From positions 144,708,001-144,772,000 of the forward strand of contig JBITNC010000001.1 in the NCBI GenBank assembly GCA_050084985.1: a stretch of DNA of 64,000 bases. Reading direction: 5' to 3'. Source of the DNA: Nageia nagi (Eukaryota; Plantae; Pinophyta). A program made the position numbers and the translations under genes. The notes under the pieces are model-generated. The model searched no databases. It worked only from the letters and a program-made list of their open reading frames with translations, and had not been told where the DNA came from. Below, piece by piece: positions 24,701-38,200 of the stretch (its first letter is position 1; each line of letters opens with the position of its first letter).

Positions 24701-27700
24701 AAGAGGTAAAAGAGATGAAAATACATTAAGTGCCAAGTGTTGAAGTAATGACATCAACATGCAATAAGTGGGGTTCTTGTAAGCTACATGAGCAAATCAA
24801 CAACTATTGAGATATGGTAAACTATTGACATCAAGATACAAAGGATAGCCTAAGTCCAAGATAGAAGATCAAGTGATATCACATAGGGAAAGTAAGTATA
24901 ATTTCACCTAGCTATGGGGGGTTTGTAGTCGATAATTTCAGCAATGGCAAGTCTAGGTGTCTAAAAGAACTTAGAACTATAATAAGCAGTGGAAAGAGTA
25001 TTTGAAGGCCCAAATCATCAGTTAACTAGAGTGATGATGTCAAAAAGAAGTTAATCAAAGGGCTAAATGGATGAGGAGCTTCAAAATACTCTAATTTTAT
25101 TACCCTTAAGCAGATGATATCATCGATAGAGGAGTTATATATTGATGAGCGATAAGGCAAAAAGAAAATGAATTATTAATAATAGATGATATCAATTGAT
25201 TCAAGCGTGTTGTAACCAACATCATCTACCTAATTTTTTAAGAAAAGGTAAAGTCCAAAAACCTTATTTTATGATAATTTCCATAAGCTTGCTATCTTGA
25301 AGCCTCATAATCACACTCAATTGCATAACATTCCTCTATCATTTAAACCTTTTCCTTCCTTGCCCTCATTTTCATCTATAGTACATCAAGCTAGTAGAAA
25401 CATTGATGAAGATGGCTGTTGACACCTAAAAGTCGTCCCCTTAACATGTTCCCACTTAGGTGCAACTTTACACACATGTTTAATCATATTTTAGTCATAT
25501 TTTTCATTATTATCACATATTTCTCAAGTTATGTTCTTATGTTTTTGTTAGGTAGATCGAGATGGCTTCAACCTTCATACAAGGGGTCAAATGGTGATAT
25601 CACACCTGATATAAATATAAGTATCTTTAACCTAGGAAAATCATGTTAATATTACATCTTGATAGATTGTACCCTACACTTGGGTGTTTCTAAATATCAC
25701 CTATTGAGACTAGAATCTTTTTATCACTCGAGCAAATATCTATCATCCATTTTTATGATCATATGTTTGATTCAACTTGTCATCATATCTGCTATCATTG
25801 ATCCTTGTTGGTGATCCCCATTCCTCAAAAACATTCATGCCTTCATTGAGCTCTCAAAGATTAGATCCTATGTTGGTGTCTCTTTTGTAGTTTGCCTTAG
25901 GGTTCACACATCAAGGTCATTACTCTTGGACAAGTTTATCCATCATATCCTCAATCTTGACACAAGTAAGGATACATAAGTATTTTTTTTTCACTTAGTA
26001 CCTTTCTCTTTAGTGCATGTAGCTCATTTTACATCTAGACATTAATGTAATTTGTTATTTTCTATTACTGTACTATTATATTCCCTTATTCATGTATGTT
26101 TATTTGAGTTAATTAGCTTAGATAAATCATACAGTAAATATTTATGTGTATTTAGCTCATTTAGAGTAAAACCCTAGGTGATACCAAAACACATATCAAC
26201 ATATTGGCACCCATCTGTTTATGCCTTTTTCTTTCTCTTAATTAGGGTTAGAATAAAACTTGCTTTTGAACCTACAATTCTACTGCAATGTCAAACCTAT
26301 TAAGGGTTTTGTTTACACACTACGTTCCTAAGGTATTTTTTGTTACTAGTAATGAAAATGCATGTCTTAATAGTAACCTTGTAGCTAAGAAAACTCTAAA
26401 AAGAAGAAGAATTGGTAGAGCTAAAGTGGTTCAATGATGAAGTGAAAGAATTCACTCCAAGCAACCATATATCGATGTACAGGGACAAATAACTAATGAA
26501 GCTACCAATAGTGTTTCAAATCAGAAAAGTTTTGTAGATAGTTTAGCTAAGATAATAAATTAGAGGGTTAGTTTAGATAATACTAGATATCAAACTCCTC
26601 CAAATCAATAACCTCCTATTAGAACTGAATAAGAGATCATTTTTCAATTGAGTGATGATGAGGTATTCAATAAGGTTATAAGTTATAAGGAAAATAAATA
26701 TAGGTTCATTAAGATTCTCAATGGATTACTAGTTGAGGAAAAAACTTATGTTGTTGATGCACTTAAAGATGAAGAAGTAGCAAAACAATGTAAGTTATTG
26801 CATTATAACAAGTATAAGTAGAACATACCTTCTAATGATATGATCACTCTCATGCCTCGAAATATAAATTTGGGATGCTTCACAAATATGTTTGCACCTA
26901 TGCCAAATGTTCACCCATTTGTTCTTCTAGAAGCTAGCATGAACGTTGATTCTTAGACATAAGTAGCAAGTTCCTATTCCAATAATGGTCCTCATGATAG
27001 ATATAAATTAGGGAAATCAGGAAGAGATTATCAATTTAATCAATAACATCAACAAGAAACTTGCTCACCCTACTACATTGCAAGATTTGCTTCATCAAGA
27101 AGCTTAGGTTGATAATCCAATTCTAGTAAACAATGACAATGGTCCACTCACACAAGTTGAATAAAATATACATTATGAACAGGTTCTAGATTTTGATGAA
27201 GATACAAATGTTTTTGTTGAAGATGAATGTGACCAAGAAGATCATGAAAAGTATGAAGAAATCAACAAGCTTCTAACAGAGGTTAATACACCATGTATAG
27301 ATTGATCAAAAGAAGATTATAGGATTAGGTCAAAATTCTTCATTTAGTAGATGATTAGGATATTGCAAACTTGAATATCCATAAAAAAAAAAGTATTACA
27401 CATAGTTACTTCAAAAAGTTCAAAATGATTATACGACCAGGATAGGATTATTTCATATCAAGAACAAGCAACTAATCCATTGCACTCACATAGATGAATA
27501 AAAATATTAAGAAGAAAAAGTAGATAGACTACTTGCTCAATCTATACAGCCCATTCTTGGATGTACTCAAGAAGAAAATCATATCAAATGTACAAAATTT
27601 GTAAAATGCAATAGGGAGCACATGATATTGATGCCTGATGATGATAGAGAGTGGTTTATCTCAACAACATTACAAAATATCATTCATGAAAGAAATGATA

Positions 27701-27839
27701 AAACAAGAGCTTTTAAAATCTTCAAATCTAGATAGCAATTGACAAGCTTTTAAGAAGGTTAACATTCTAAACAGTCATTAGAAAATACAAGGGAAGCTAT
27801 TCAAGTATTCATACCAACATCACCCTTGGAGAAAACAAT

Positions 27840-29055
27840 GCCAATGATAGCTCAAGATAGAATTGAAGGATTACAACAACAAGTAAGGAAAATAGCAAAG
27901 TGTTATAGACTAGATGCTCAATGAAAGGAATACAACAATCCCTTATGTATAAAAATAAGAAAAACCATATAACTCTCTAGAAAAGAGTTGAAATTCATAA
28001 AATTTGATGGTACTATTGATCCTTATCTTCATGTATGCATTTTTTCTAATGAAGTATCTTTAGTTACCTTAGATGAGGACTTGCATACGACGTTATTTCC
28101 TTTGTCTCTAAAAGGAGAGGCTACATAATGGTTTAGCAAATTTCCTCTTGCTAGCATTACTAGTTTTGTATAGTTGAAGACTATATTTTGTGATCATTAT
28201 CAAATACACATCACAAAAAAGGTTACATTCAATGATTTGATGAAGTTAAAGCAAAGAGAAGGCCACTCTATTAAGAAATTTATTAGATTTTAGACTAAAA
28301 AGGCTAATAATGTTCTTGCAAATGATGACATAAAAATCATAGCCTTCCTTAAGGCACTTCAACCAAAGTATGTAGCAAAATATTTTGACTATCATAAACT
28401 ACCTCTTGATGAGTTTTTACAAGAATTATTGGAAAAGTTAGTATTCAATATAAAATATGGAAAATACAAACTTGAAGCAAAGCTAAAAAGGGATAAGTCA
28501 CCCCCACAACCTCAACATCAGTATTAAAAGGAACAATCTTAAGAAGGTCAAATAGTAGCCAAAGTGGAATCAATACAATAACAAATAGTAGTAGCAAATG
28601 AAGTTCGAAAAGTGGATAAAAAAGAAAAATTAGTTTACACAAAATGTTAGAAATTCCCTAGAAGGAAATTCAACCTATCCATGATGAAATTGATGAGGTC
28701 ACAAGGGATTTGATCAAGAGAAAGTTATTAGTTCCACCACCTAAGCCTACAACTTAACCATCCTTTATAGCAGGATTGCCAAAAGAGTGTAAATTAGATG
28801 AGTTCTATGAATATCACCAACAACGAGGACATGCAAGAAAGTATTATATGACATTCTCAATAAGTTTTAGGACCTAATTGATCAAAGTATGGTATCTTTC
28901 TCTTAACCTAGGATGATAAACCAAAGCAATTAAGAGATCCTCAACATGAGAAGAACAAGAGCATGGTAATCTTCAACAACCCATTTCCAAATTTTGTCAA
29001 AGCTAAATCATCAAACACGAGCATCAACTTTGTGAATGATCTTCCCCCAATGTGA
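27840..29055 (+). pseudogene. Decayed Ogre/Tat-type gag
   Basis: KFIKFDGTIDPYLHV...LFPLSLKGEAT*WFSKFPLASITSF...DLMKLKQREGHSIKKFI and a degenerate knuckle (EFYEYHQQRGH...DLIDQ). Further broken coding sequence lies upstream at ~26290-27840. Confidence 0.85.
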
Positions 29056-30109
29056 TGAAAAGGTACACATTATTGTTAATTTTCTTATCATTTATAGTTT
29101 TCAAATATGTATACAATAGTATAGGTATATTTGTTTTGGTTTCATGGTCAAATTCCCACTAGATCCTCACATCCATGCTAGGATGCAATCTCTTTATCTT
29201 TCATCTTAACCACACTAGGGGCATCCATTAAATACCAAGAATTATTCCCCCATATCTCTTTGTAGCTTCACATGGAAGCTAATATCATTGCATGTGTTGG
29301 CATTCCTATTAGATATCAAGAATCCAGTAGTTCTTTAAGTTCATCTATATCCTTTTAGAGGTAATCCCTTATGCCCTATCATTTTTTATTTTCATTTACC
29401 CAAAAACAATTAGCTAGGTTCCCTTTGATAACTTTTTTCTTAGGTCCATCTAATACTTTTTTCAACTTGTTATCATTTGTTTGTGTCCAAAATTTGTTGG
29501 AGGCTCAAATTGGTGCTGAAGGAGCCATAGCTAGAACCATTCCCTATCTATTATATGAGTGCTTGCATTGGGTTTCTTAATATTTTTCTTTCATAATTGA
29601 AACTTTTTTGTTCCTTATCACCCATGCCAGTAACATAAACACATTTTTACTTTGAACATTTCCCTTAAAACCATTATGGGTACTTAGGTTCATTTTCACC
29701 TTAAAATTCCTATACCCATAAACATGCTAAAGCCTTGATTTCATATGGTAAAAATACAAATTTCTGCTCCTTTATGTCACTGTGACTTGTTAAACCATAA
29801 TTAGATCCCATAATTCCTTGAAAATGCTAGTGCTCATGCTGGGTTCCATTTACCTTTATATATATATTTGTATGTATGTATGTATAAGATCCTTATCATA
29901 ATATTTAGGCTATTATATTTTTAAATCATTCCTCACATTATCTAAGTAATCATTAACCATGTCATCTCCTAACACTTAGCACATAAAAACATAACAAAGC
30001 CTTAAAAAATTTAATAGTAATCATTTTGTAACACATTTCAAGCATAGATAATAACATATCTCAATTATATTGATAAAAAATAGTGTGTTACATTATCTTT
30101 TCAAAATAC

Positions 30110-32290
30110 ATCTATCCATACAACCAAGTCCATGTCAGTTCCCTATACTAACACTGCTAGTGGTACAACGATGACTTCTAGCACTCTTGAAGCTCTTTGA
30201 CTTAGAGGTCATCCTACTCAAGCTAGGCCTCATCAATCTAGTATGCTCCTTCAGTGTTATAAATTAAGCCTATAGGTGTCCCTTCTCATTAGCCAGGACC
30301 TCAATCTTCTTGTTATGCTCAAGCACATGGTTCATCATTCCCCAAAAGTTATTATCATGTCCATCCTCATGCATCTTTCATAGTGTCTCCACACTCTGCT
30401 CTACAACTACAAGTCTAACCTTCAACCCCTCTATCTCCTCATCCTTGGTAGCAATCACCTCCTTCAGGCTAGCTAATGCATCCTCAGCTTCTTGTCTTCC
30501 CACCTTCTTAGAATCTAGGTCCAATTTTGTTTGATTTGTAAAATCAAAATAAAGCATAAATGTTAGTTATATTACTTTTGCATGAGTACTAGCTTGTATG
30601 TACACAAAGAAGCATACTTAGTGAGCTCATTCTCAAGTTGTTGCTAGGTATTTATGATGGAAATCGTAATAGGCACATCTCATCCACCTTGTTCCTCTTG
30701 TTGTTGTGGCTCCTCCATCTGCACATCCTACTCCTCTTCTTCCTCCTCATATCTCTATTCCTTCTCTTCCTCACCTACCTCACCCTCTATAGCCTCTATT
30801 AGGTGCTCTAATCCATACAAACATAGTGGATCTAGTCTAGCTTTAGTCCACCATGTAAACTAAGTTTGGTAAAAAAGAGGCACATCTGATGGCTCAACTC
30901 CCTCATCATTTGAGTCACTTCCCAAACCATGGTTTTGCGGAATATGTCACTCTTCCTACCACTTGGGAGGCATATAAAAAAGGTTGGGATGATGTGCCCT
31001 ATATCTCTTTGTCCATACAACAAACTTGCATTTTGGGGGAATGTCCTATCTCTTTTGGAATTGCCTCATAACCCTCTTAGGTCTATAGGGCTCCTCAAAT
31101 GTCTTTTGTGTTTGAAGATAACATGGTGTTCTCTTCCAATCCAACTCACCCCTTAGCTCATTTAGCTAATAAGGTATCCCTGCATATGGTTTATAGATCA
31201 CATCACTTACAAAAACCAAAGGCATGTGTTAGTTTTCCTCCCAAACTAGTAAACTAAATAAAAAACTAAACTCTATATGGTAAGTTACTTACCACTTATC
31301 AAGCCATCAATAAACTTTTAGTAAGCCTCCATGATCTTGTTGAACCATGTGATCATCCTTATCTTTTCCATTGATACCACATAGGATACTTAGGAGCTAT
31401 ATTATGCATAGGAAGCTTTCTTGACTGAACCACTATGATATGCTTATAGGCCCAACACTGAAGCATAAATGAATGTGCCACCCTCTTCTTGCTCTTTTGC
31501 ACCATTACAAAATTAGGCAAACCATGGTAAATATGGGCTATTATATAAGGTGCTCACACATACTGATGACCTTGTGTCATCTCATGCACTAATCATATTA
31601 AACTAAGTGGGAAGACCTCATGATTCTTATCTGGATAAATGATGCTATCTATACATGCTACCATGATCAATTGTACTTGCCTAAACCTCCTCATCTTGCT
31701 CTTAAAGGCACAAGGAAGGAAGGCATCCTTATTTTCCTCATTATACTCCTCTAAACCAATAACCCATTTTGTGGTAGACTTGCATTGTGTGTTTGTCATC
31801 CCCTCCTCAAAGAATATGGGGTTCCCCTTCATGAAAACCCATAGGATCCTATGTATATTTTCTAGTACAATGGTGATCTCCCCACTAGGAAGGTGAAAAG
31901 TATTGGTCCTCTCAGACCATCTCTCCATGAGGGATATGAGTAGCTCCTTTTCCACTCAAACATGTAGAGAATGAAGGAGACATCCCATACCAACATGCCT
32001 AGGCACACCAACCTCATCATCCATGAGGTTATCCTTCCACTTTGTACACTTCTTCAACATCTAGGACCTAGGCTCAAGCTCCATAAGAAATTGGTGACAT
32101 TGCAACCATAAAATAATAAGGTACATATTAGTATTTCATTGGAATCTTATTAAAAGTATAATACAACAATTTTATTACATTATTTTTAGCACACAATAAC
32201 TATAACCACAACTAGACAATCATTTCCATACCTTAAAACTCACTCTATTGCACCAATGCCCAAGCTAATGTTAGCCTCCATGCTAGGCTT
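30110..32290 (-). pseudogene. Plant mobile domain (PMD, MAIN/MAIL-like) gene remnant with three introns, antisense within the Ogre/Tat element
   Basis: LLISLMERWSERTNTFHLPSGEITIVLENIHRIL is the PMD signature. Introns at ~32100-32231, 31180-31292 (GTAAGT...TGCAG) and ~30536-30617. Acidic and coiled-coil C-terminal exons. Outer ends approximate. Confidence 0.85.
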
Positions 32291-35200
32291 TCTGCGATAA
32301 TATTTTTTTAAAACTTAGGTGAAAAATCCCTTTAGCCCCATAATCCCACAAAATTATATTTTTAACTATTATCACTACCTCTAAACCCTAATTTATCTAA
32401 TCCCTAGGTCTAAAAATCATACCCTAGGTATCCCATGATTTTGCTTATTTCTCCAATAAACTTGTAAATTTTGAAAAAAAGAAATAAGATGGTCTTAGAT
32501 GTCTACCACATGGGTGGAAACCTTGTTATTTCAAAGAAGGTAAGCCCTATGGTTGTCTTACTCCATAATCTTCATTCAAAAAACCAAAAGTAGGTCAGAA
32601 ACCTTCTCAAAAATATAAAACTAACCCAAATCACTCCTATTCACATACAAAGCCACTTACCTAGTAATGTTGACCACCCAAAGCACTCATAATCACCTCA
32701 CTAGGATCATCACACTCCTCTTGGACAAAAGCTTAGACTTCAAATAGTGAAAATGATAAATAAACCACAATTTGGTCCTATTTAAACTCAAAATAGGATA
32801 CAATTAATGATGTAAGTGATAATTGATGACCACCTTTTGCCTCCAACTCCAAACCATGAAATTCCATCTCATCATGCCAACCAAGTTCATTATGAAATGT
32901 TTAATGACCAAAATCATAAAGGACCTTCATGTCCATGCTGGCCACCAGTGCCTAGGCTATCATTCCTTAACATCTACATTCTTGCCTTGAAAGTTATGAA
33001 TCCTCTAGCTAAATGTGGTCTAAAAATTAATGTAGGACTAACATATCTTGGAGAATTAAGTTTTTACAGGCATGAATGGAAATCCAATCAAAGAATGATG
33101 CATTCTCCACATGTTCATTTTTGGGTCCAACCTATTCATCATAGAATCAAGCACTCTATTAGAAATTATCAGGTATGAAAATATTTTTTTCATAGTCATA
33201 TCCCATGCTACATATTGCAATTTTAATAGTATAAGCATCAAATTCAATTTCACTAGCACTGACGCTGAAGATAGCATGAACATTGGGTTATAAAGGCATA
33301 AATCAAGCCAAATCATAATACACCAGCATAGCGGATAAGTTACAGGGAGTATTTTTATCCTTTTATTCACTTTGAATTTAATCATATACATGATTAGGAA
33401 ATATTCAAAACAATAATTGTTGAGTCACCTTTTTTGGTTGGGTCTCAACTAACCATCACTCTTATATCATTCGATGAAATGCTATGATGTTTTCTCTTAA
33501 TATCACTATTATATATTTTATGAGTTAATAATCATATATGTGCTTGGAAGTGTGTGCCTCTCACTTTCATGTTTTATTCTTTCCTCTTAGTTGATTCTAC
33601 TACATGCAAACTATTACATCATGAAACTAAACAAAAGAGGGGGAAATATACATAATCAAATCCTTGATGATTAAGATAGCTAAACCAAGGGAGTATCAAA
33701 TTTTTCTTCTCTTTACCTTTGCTTCCTTTGCAAGCATAATGTTATTTCAAGACTCAATTTCATTATACTTACAAAGGGGGGCATTTGTTGACACCTAAAA
33801 GTGATCCTCTTAATACAGTCCCGCTTAGGTGCAACTTTACATACATGTTTAATTATATTTAATCATATTTTACCTTATTATCATATATTTATTAGGTTGT
33901 GTTCTTATTTTTATGTTAGGTACACCAGGATGACTTCAACCTTCATGCAAGGGGCCAAATGGTGATATCACACCTGATATAAATGTAAATATATCTAACC
34001 TAAAGAAAGCATGTCAATATTACATCTTGATAGCTGGTACCCTACACTTGGGTATTTCTAAATGCCTCCTATTGAGACTCGAATCTTTTTATCACTTGAG
34101 AAACTATCTATCATCCATTTTCATGATCATATGTTCTATTTGACTTATCATCATATCTGCTATCATCAATCCTTGTTGGAGAGCCTAATTCCTTAAGAAT
34201 GTTTGTGCCCATGCTAAGCTCTCAAATATTAATGCTCATGCTGGTGTCCCTTCTATAGTTGGCCTTGGGTTTTGCACAATAAGTTCACTACTTTTTGACA
34301 AGTTCATCTATCATATCCTTGATCTCGACATAGGTAAGGACACATATGTATTTATCTTTCACTTGATTCCTTTCTCTTTAGAGTATATAACTCATTTTAC
34401 ATATTAACATTAATGTAGTTTTTTATATTCCCTTATTCATGTATGTTTATTTGAGTTAGTTAGCTTAGATAAATTATATAGTAACTATTTATGTGTATTT
34501 AGTTTATTTAGAGTAAAACCCTAGGTGATACCAAAATATATATCAACAATGGTTGGAAAAATAAAAGAGACAATTATTTTAGAGGTATTGATTTCTAATA
34601 GAGCTTTTGGAGATGAATGTGAATACAGGTCATTAGGTTCTAAAGGGGTTTCTCATAAAGGTATTATTAAGAAGGTTGATCCAACCATGAATCCCCCTAA
34701 GTATTATTCTAAAATGATGATGAAATTATACACCAAGGGTAAAAAGAGAGAAGAATTAGGCCACCCAAGCCAATAGATGGAATTTTGACCTAGGAAAGTT
34801 GGTTCACCTACCAATACACTTATCAAGTGACCTAATGACTTGATTGATTAGGAGGTATGACCCTTTCAAAAAATGCTTCATAGATAATAATGGAAAAGTA
34901 GTATTTGAGCTTAGTCAACAATATACAAGGAGGGCATTCAAAATCCAAAAAGGTTGTAAATCCCTTAACTTATCTTTTCCTTAAAAATACTAGTCTTTTG
35001 TTAATGACCCTCAAACCCATTTTATGTTTGAGGATGATACTTCCCTTTTGGTCAAATATTTTCCCCTTAAGCTTATTCTCTTTCAAATATTGGTCCTGAT
35101 TCTATACTCAAAATAGTAATTATTTCCTAGGAATTAGGAATCACTATTTCATTACCAATGAAGTATTTTTCCTTATGATAAGAACTACATTCACTCCCCC

Positions 35201-38200
35201 TGATGTGTATTATTAAGCCACATATTTGTTTCAAAGAATGCATAAGGAATTAGTACAAGTAAAGAAAGACTATGAGGCCAAAAAGGAATTAAAATTCACT
35301 AGATACTCTATTTTAGTTCACATCCTACTATCACAAATAGAACATATTCTGGTCAAGGAACTAGATTCAAATGCTAAGTACAGCTATGCAAGAAATATTG
35401 CTAAATATATATCAAGAAGTAGGAAATTATCAATGGTTGGGTGATATGTTCTTAAAATATATATATATGGAAAATTTATTCATAAAATCCCTAGAATTTC
35501 TTGCCAATTTTTGAAATTCTTAGAAGAATATGAAGTAGTAATATTTGAAGTAGGGGTTGTGATAAGAATTTATAGAGGAAGATTATAACAAAAGCTCTTG
35601 ACCACTTTCTCCCCTAATTATATCTTGTATGAGAAAGAAATAAGATAATTAGCAAAAGATTTCAAAGGATTGACAGGGACTTAGGAAAATATAATTTTTT
35701 TAATTACCCATGTGAGATTGACCATCAAACTTTCAATAGTGCATATTCTTTTCTTATTAAATTTCTCATCATGGAAAAATATAACTTTTAAGAAGTATTA
35801 TGGAGTTCCTATGATCCCATGGATAAATTTGCTTGCATTTGGAAGCAAGTAGCCAATTTTAGGGTTGCACATGCAAAGGATAATTTTGAAGATGAATTGA
35901 TCAAGGCATTGAAAGAGAAGAAAACCTTGCATCCAATTTAGAAGAAGAATTATTTTGGCAGAGGTTTTTACCAATTATCTACAACTAGATGTATTCCTAA
36001 GAAATTGAAGTATATTAAGGAAATTACAATTGATACTATGAAACTAAGGGTTTAAATAATTGATTTTGCTAAGAAAGGTGATATTAGATAAGGAACCTAA
36101 GGTAATTCTCCTACACTATAATAATCCTATATTAGAGGTGATTATAAAGGTAAAAGTGGAGAAAAAAAAGCTCTGGAATATTATTATTAATGCCTCCTTT
36201 TGAATTGATTCCTCAGGCTATTATACCATTTCAAAGAAATCCTATCCAAGAGGAGAATTTGAAAAAAATGAAATTATATGAAAGTTTGTTGATATAGGCT
36301 CAAGTTCTACCTAAGGCTATTATAGTACAAGGAAAGAGCATTCTCATAAAATCTAAATAAATAAGAAAATATCATATGAAAGGTTCAATAGTACCACTCA
36401 GGTACAAGTTATATGTGAAGAATATTGAAGATACCTCAATAATAAAAAGGCTAAAGATAGGAGATGCTTCCTCTTCCTTTTGTTTTGTAGCACCAAGGGA
36501 AGCTTCCTTACAATATATAACTAGTGTTATGATCCTACTAGTAAAAGAAAATGAAGAAAAGTGACCTTTAATTCAATTAGATCCCTTGCCTATGTTAATA
36601 ACTCTGACAATAATTCCATATGTCTCAATGGATGGTCTTAGTTCTCTTGCAATGTTTATGACTCATCCTTCCTCCACTCTTTAGGAAGAGATAATGAAGA
36701 GTCAAGAAGAAACTATTTCAACCTAGGAAATACTAGATAAATCATAACCAAAAATAGTAGAGATCACTGAAGTACTTGTGGACCTAAAGGGAACAAATCA
36801 AATCTTGGCTAAAGAAAAGGGAAAAAAATGATTGCACTCAGTAACTATTGGTATAGGAAAAATAGAATTTAAAATGGATTCATGGTTATTTAAAAAATAT
36901 GATGAAACTTTCTAGGGGATAACATCTTTTTCAACAAATGTAATTGAGTTAAAAGATACAACCCAAATTTTAGATGCTGAGTTAAATATAATTGCAAGAA
37001 GGAGAAATAATATCTAAGCCACTTATGATGCAATTGAAATCAATTTTGAAATATCACATGATAAAGTGGTCCCAAAAACTAGTCACACATTTAGGGATAG
37101 AATGATTACAATCTAGTTTTTTTATCTAATGGAGAAAAAGGATGAAAACTTATTTGACGAATTATATATGTTAATGAAAATTTTGAAGGATCAATGGGTA
37201 TATACATGGTTTTTTGGTAAACTTGGAATGACTAAGTTAGAAGTTGAGGAGAACATAAAGAGCATTAAAATGTAGTTGACTAAAGATGGAACAAAGGATA
37301 CAAGCCTATATGAAAATACACTAAAGGTGGAAAATCAATTTTCCATAATGAAAGAGGTTATGGATACCTTTGAAGGAAAAATTTGAACTAAGCTAAAAGA
37401 AGCTTTGATTTTATTCCAAGGTTTATAAAGGTCTCATGAATTTAATCAAGATGAATGAAATTTAAGGGATTTGGCATATCAAGTAGATTTGAAATCAAAT
37501 AAAAGGAAAATGGATATAGATATTTAAGGGGTAGATTTGAATACTTATAATTACTTTTGAAAAATTCACTTTTTATCTCTACCTAGGCTAATTACACATG
37601 GAAAATTTTTAAAGGGCTACTTTTGAAGAATACATGTGGCAACATTTGGGAAGATACTTTTTGAAAAACCATAGGCGGTCTTTTCCCAAACCATTTAATT
37701 CATCTTTTTGGAACCCATAGCATAATAAAATATATCATTCCACTACTCTATTAAGTTGCATCATTCGAATATACCACAACAAGAGTGATGGAAGAATAAA
37801 AGTGGTTACTTCGTCATCATGAAGATTCCAATGATGCCTATATGAAGAAGGAGCAACCAAGCATGGATGAGCTTTTTTCAATTTTACAAGATCAACTAGG
37901 TAATTATATATGCTTTTCTAGGGTTTAAGTTATTTTCTTTATTTTCTATGTATCCCATCCATTATGAGTCTTCTTATCACTTGGTTTTTAGAAAACTTAC
38001 CAAAGAGTGATGTTATTACTATGTTCAGTTATTGTGCCAAGCTCTCAAGTATTGAAGGTTAGGTTAGGGAGATTTTTTGCTAGAATTTTATCATATTATT
38101 TAGGCAGAATCTATGTGATTTGTAATCAAAGGACATATTTGAGTATTATAACAAGTATTGTTTGATGGTTGTATGTATGAATTTGATTATTAATATCCAT

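Larger units (their letters stand above)
25417..34548 (+). mobile_element. Non-autonomous Ogre/Tat-type Ty3/gypsy element (gag + antisense PMD, no pol)
   Basis: LTRs 25417-26201 and 33786-34548 (TGTTGACACC...TATCAACA). TSD ATGGC/ATGGT. PBS TGGCACCCATC at 26205, read as a decayed TGGCGCCCA (tRNA-Lys type). PPT AAAGGGGGG at 33773-33781. Confidence 0.93.
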
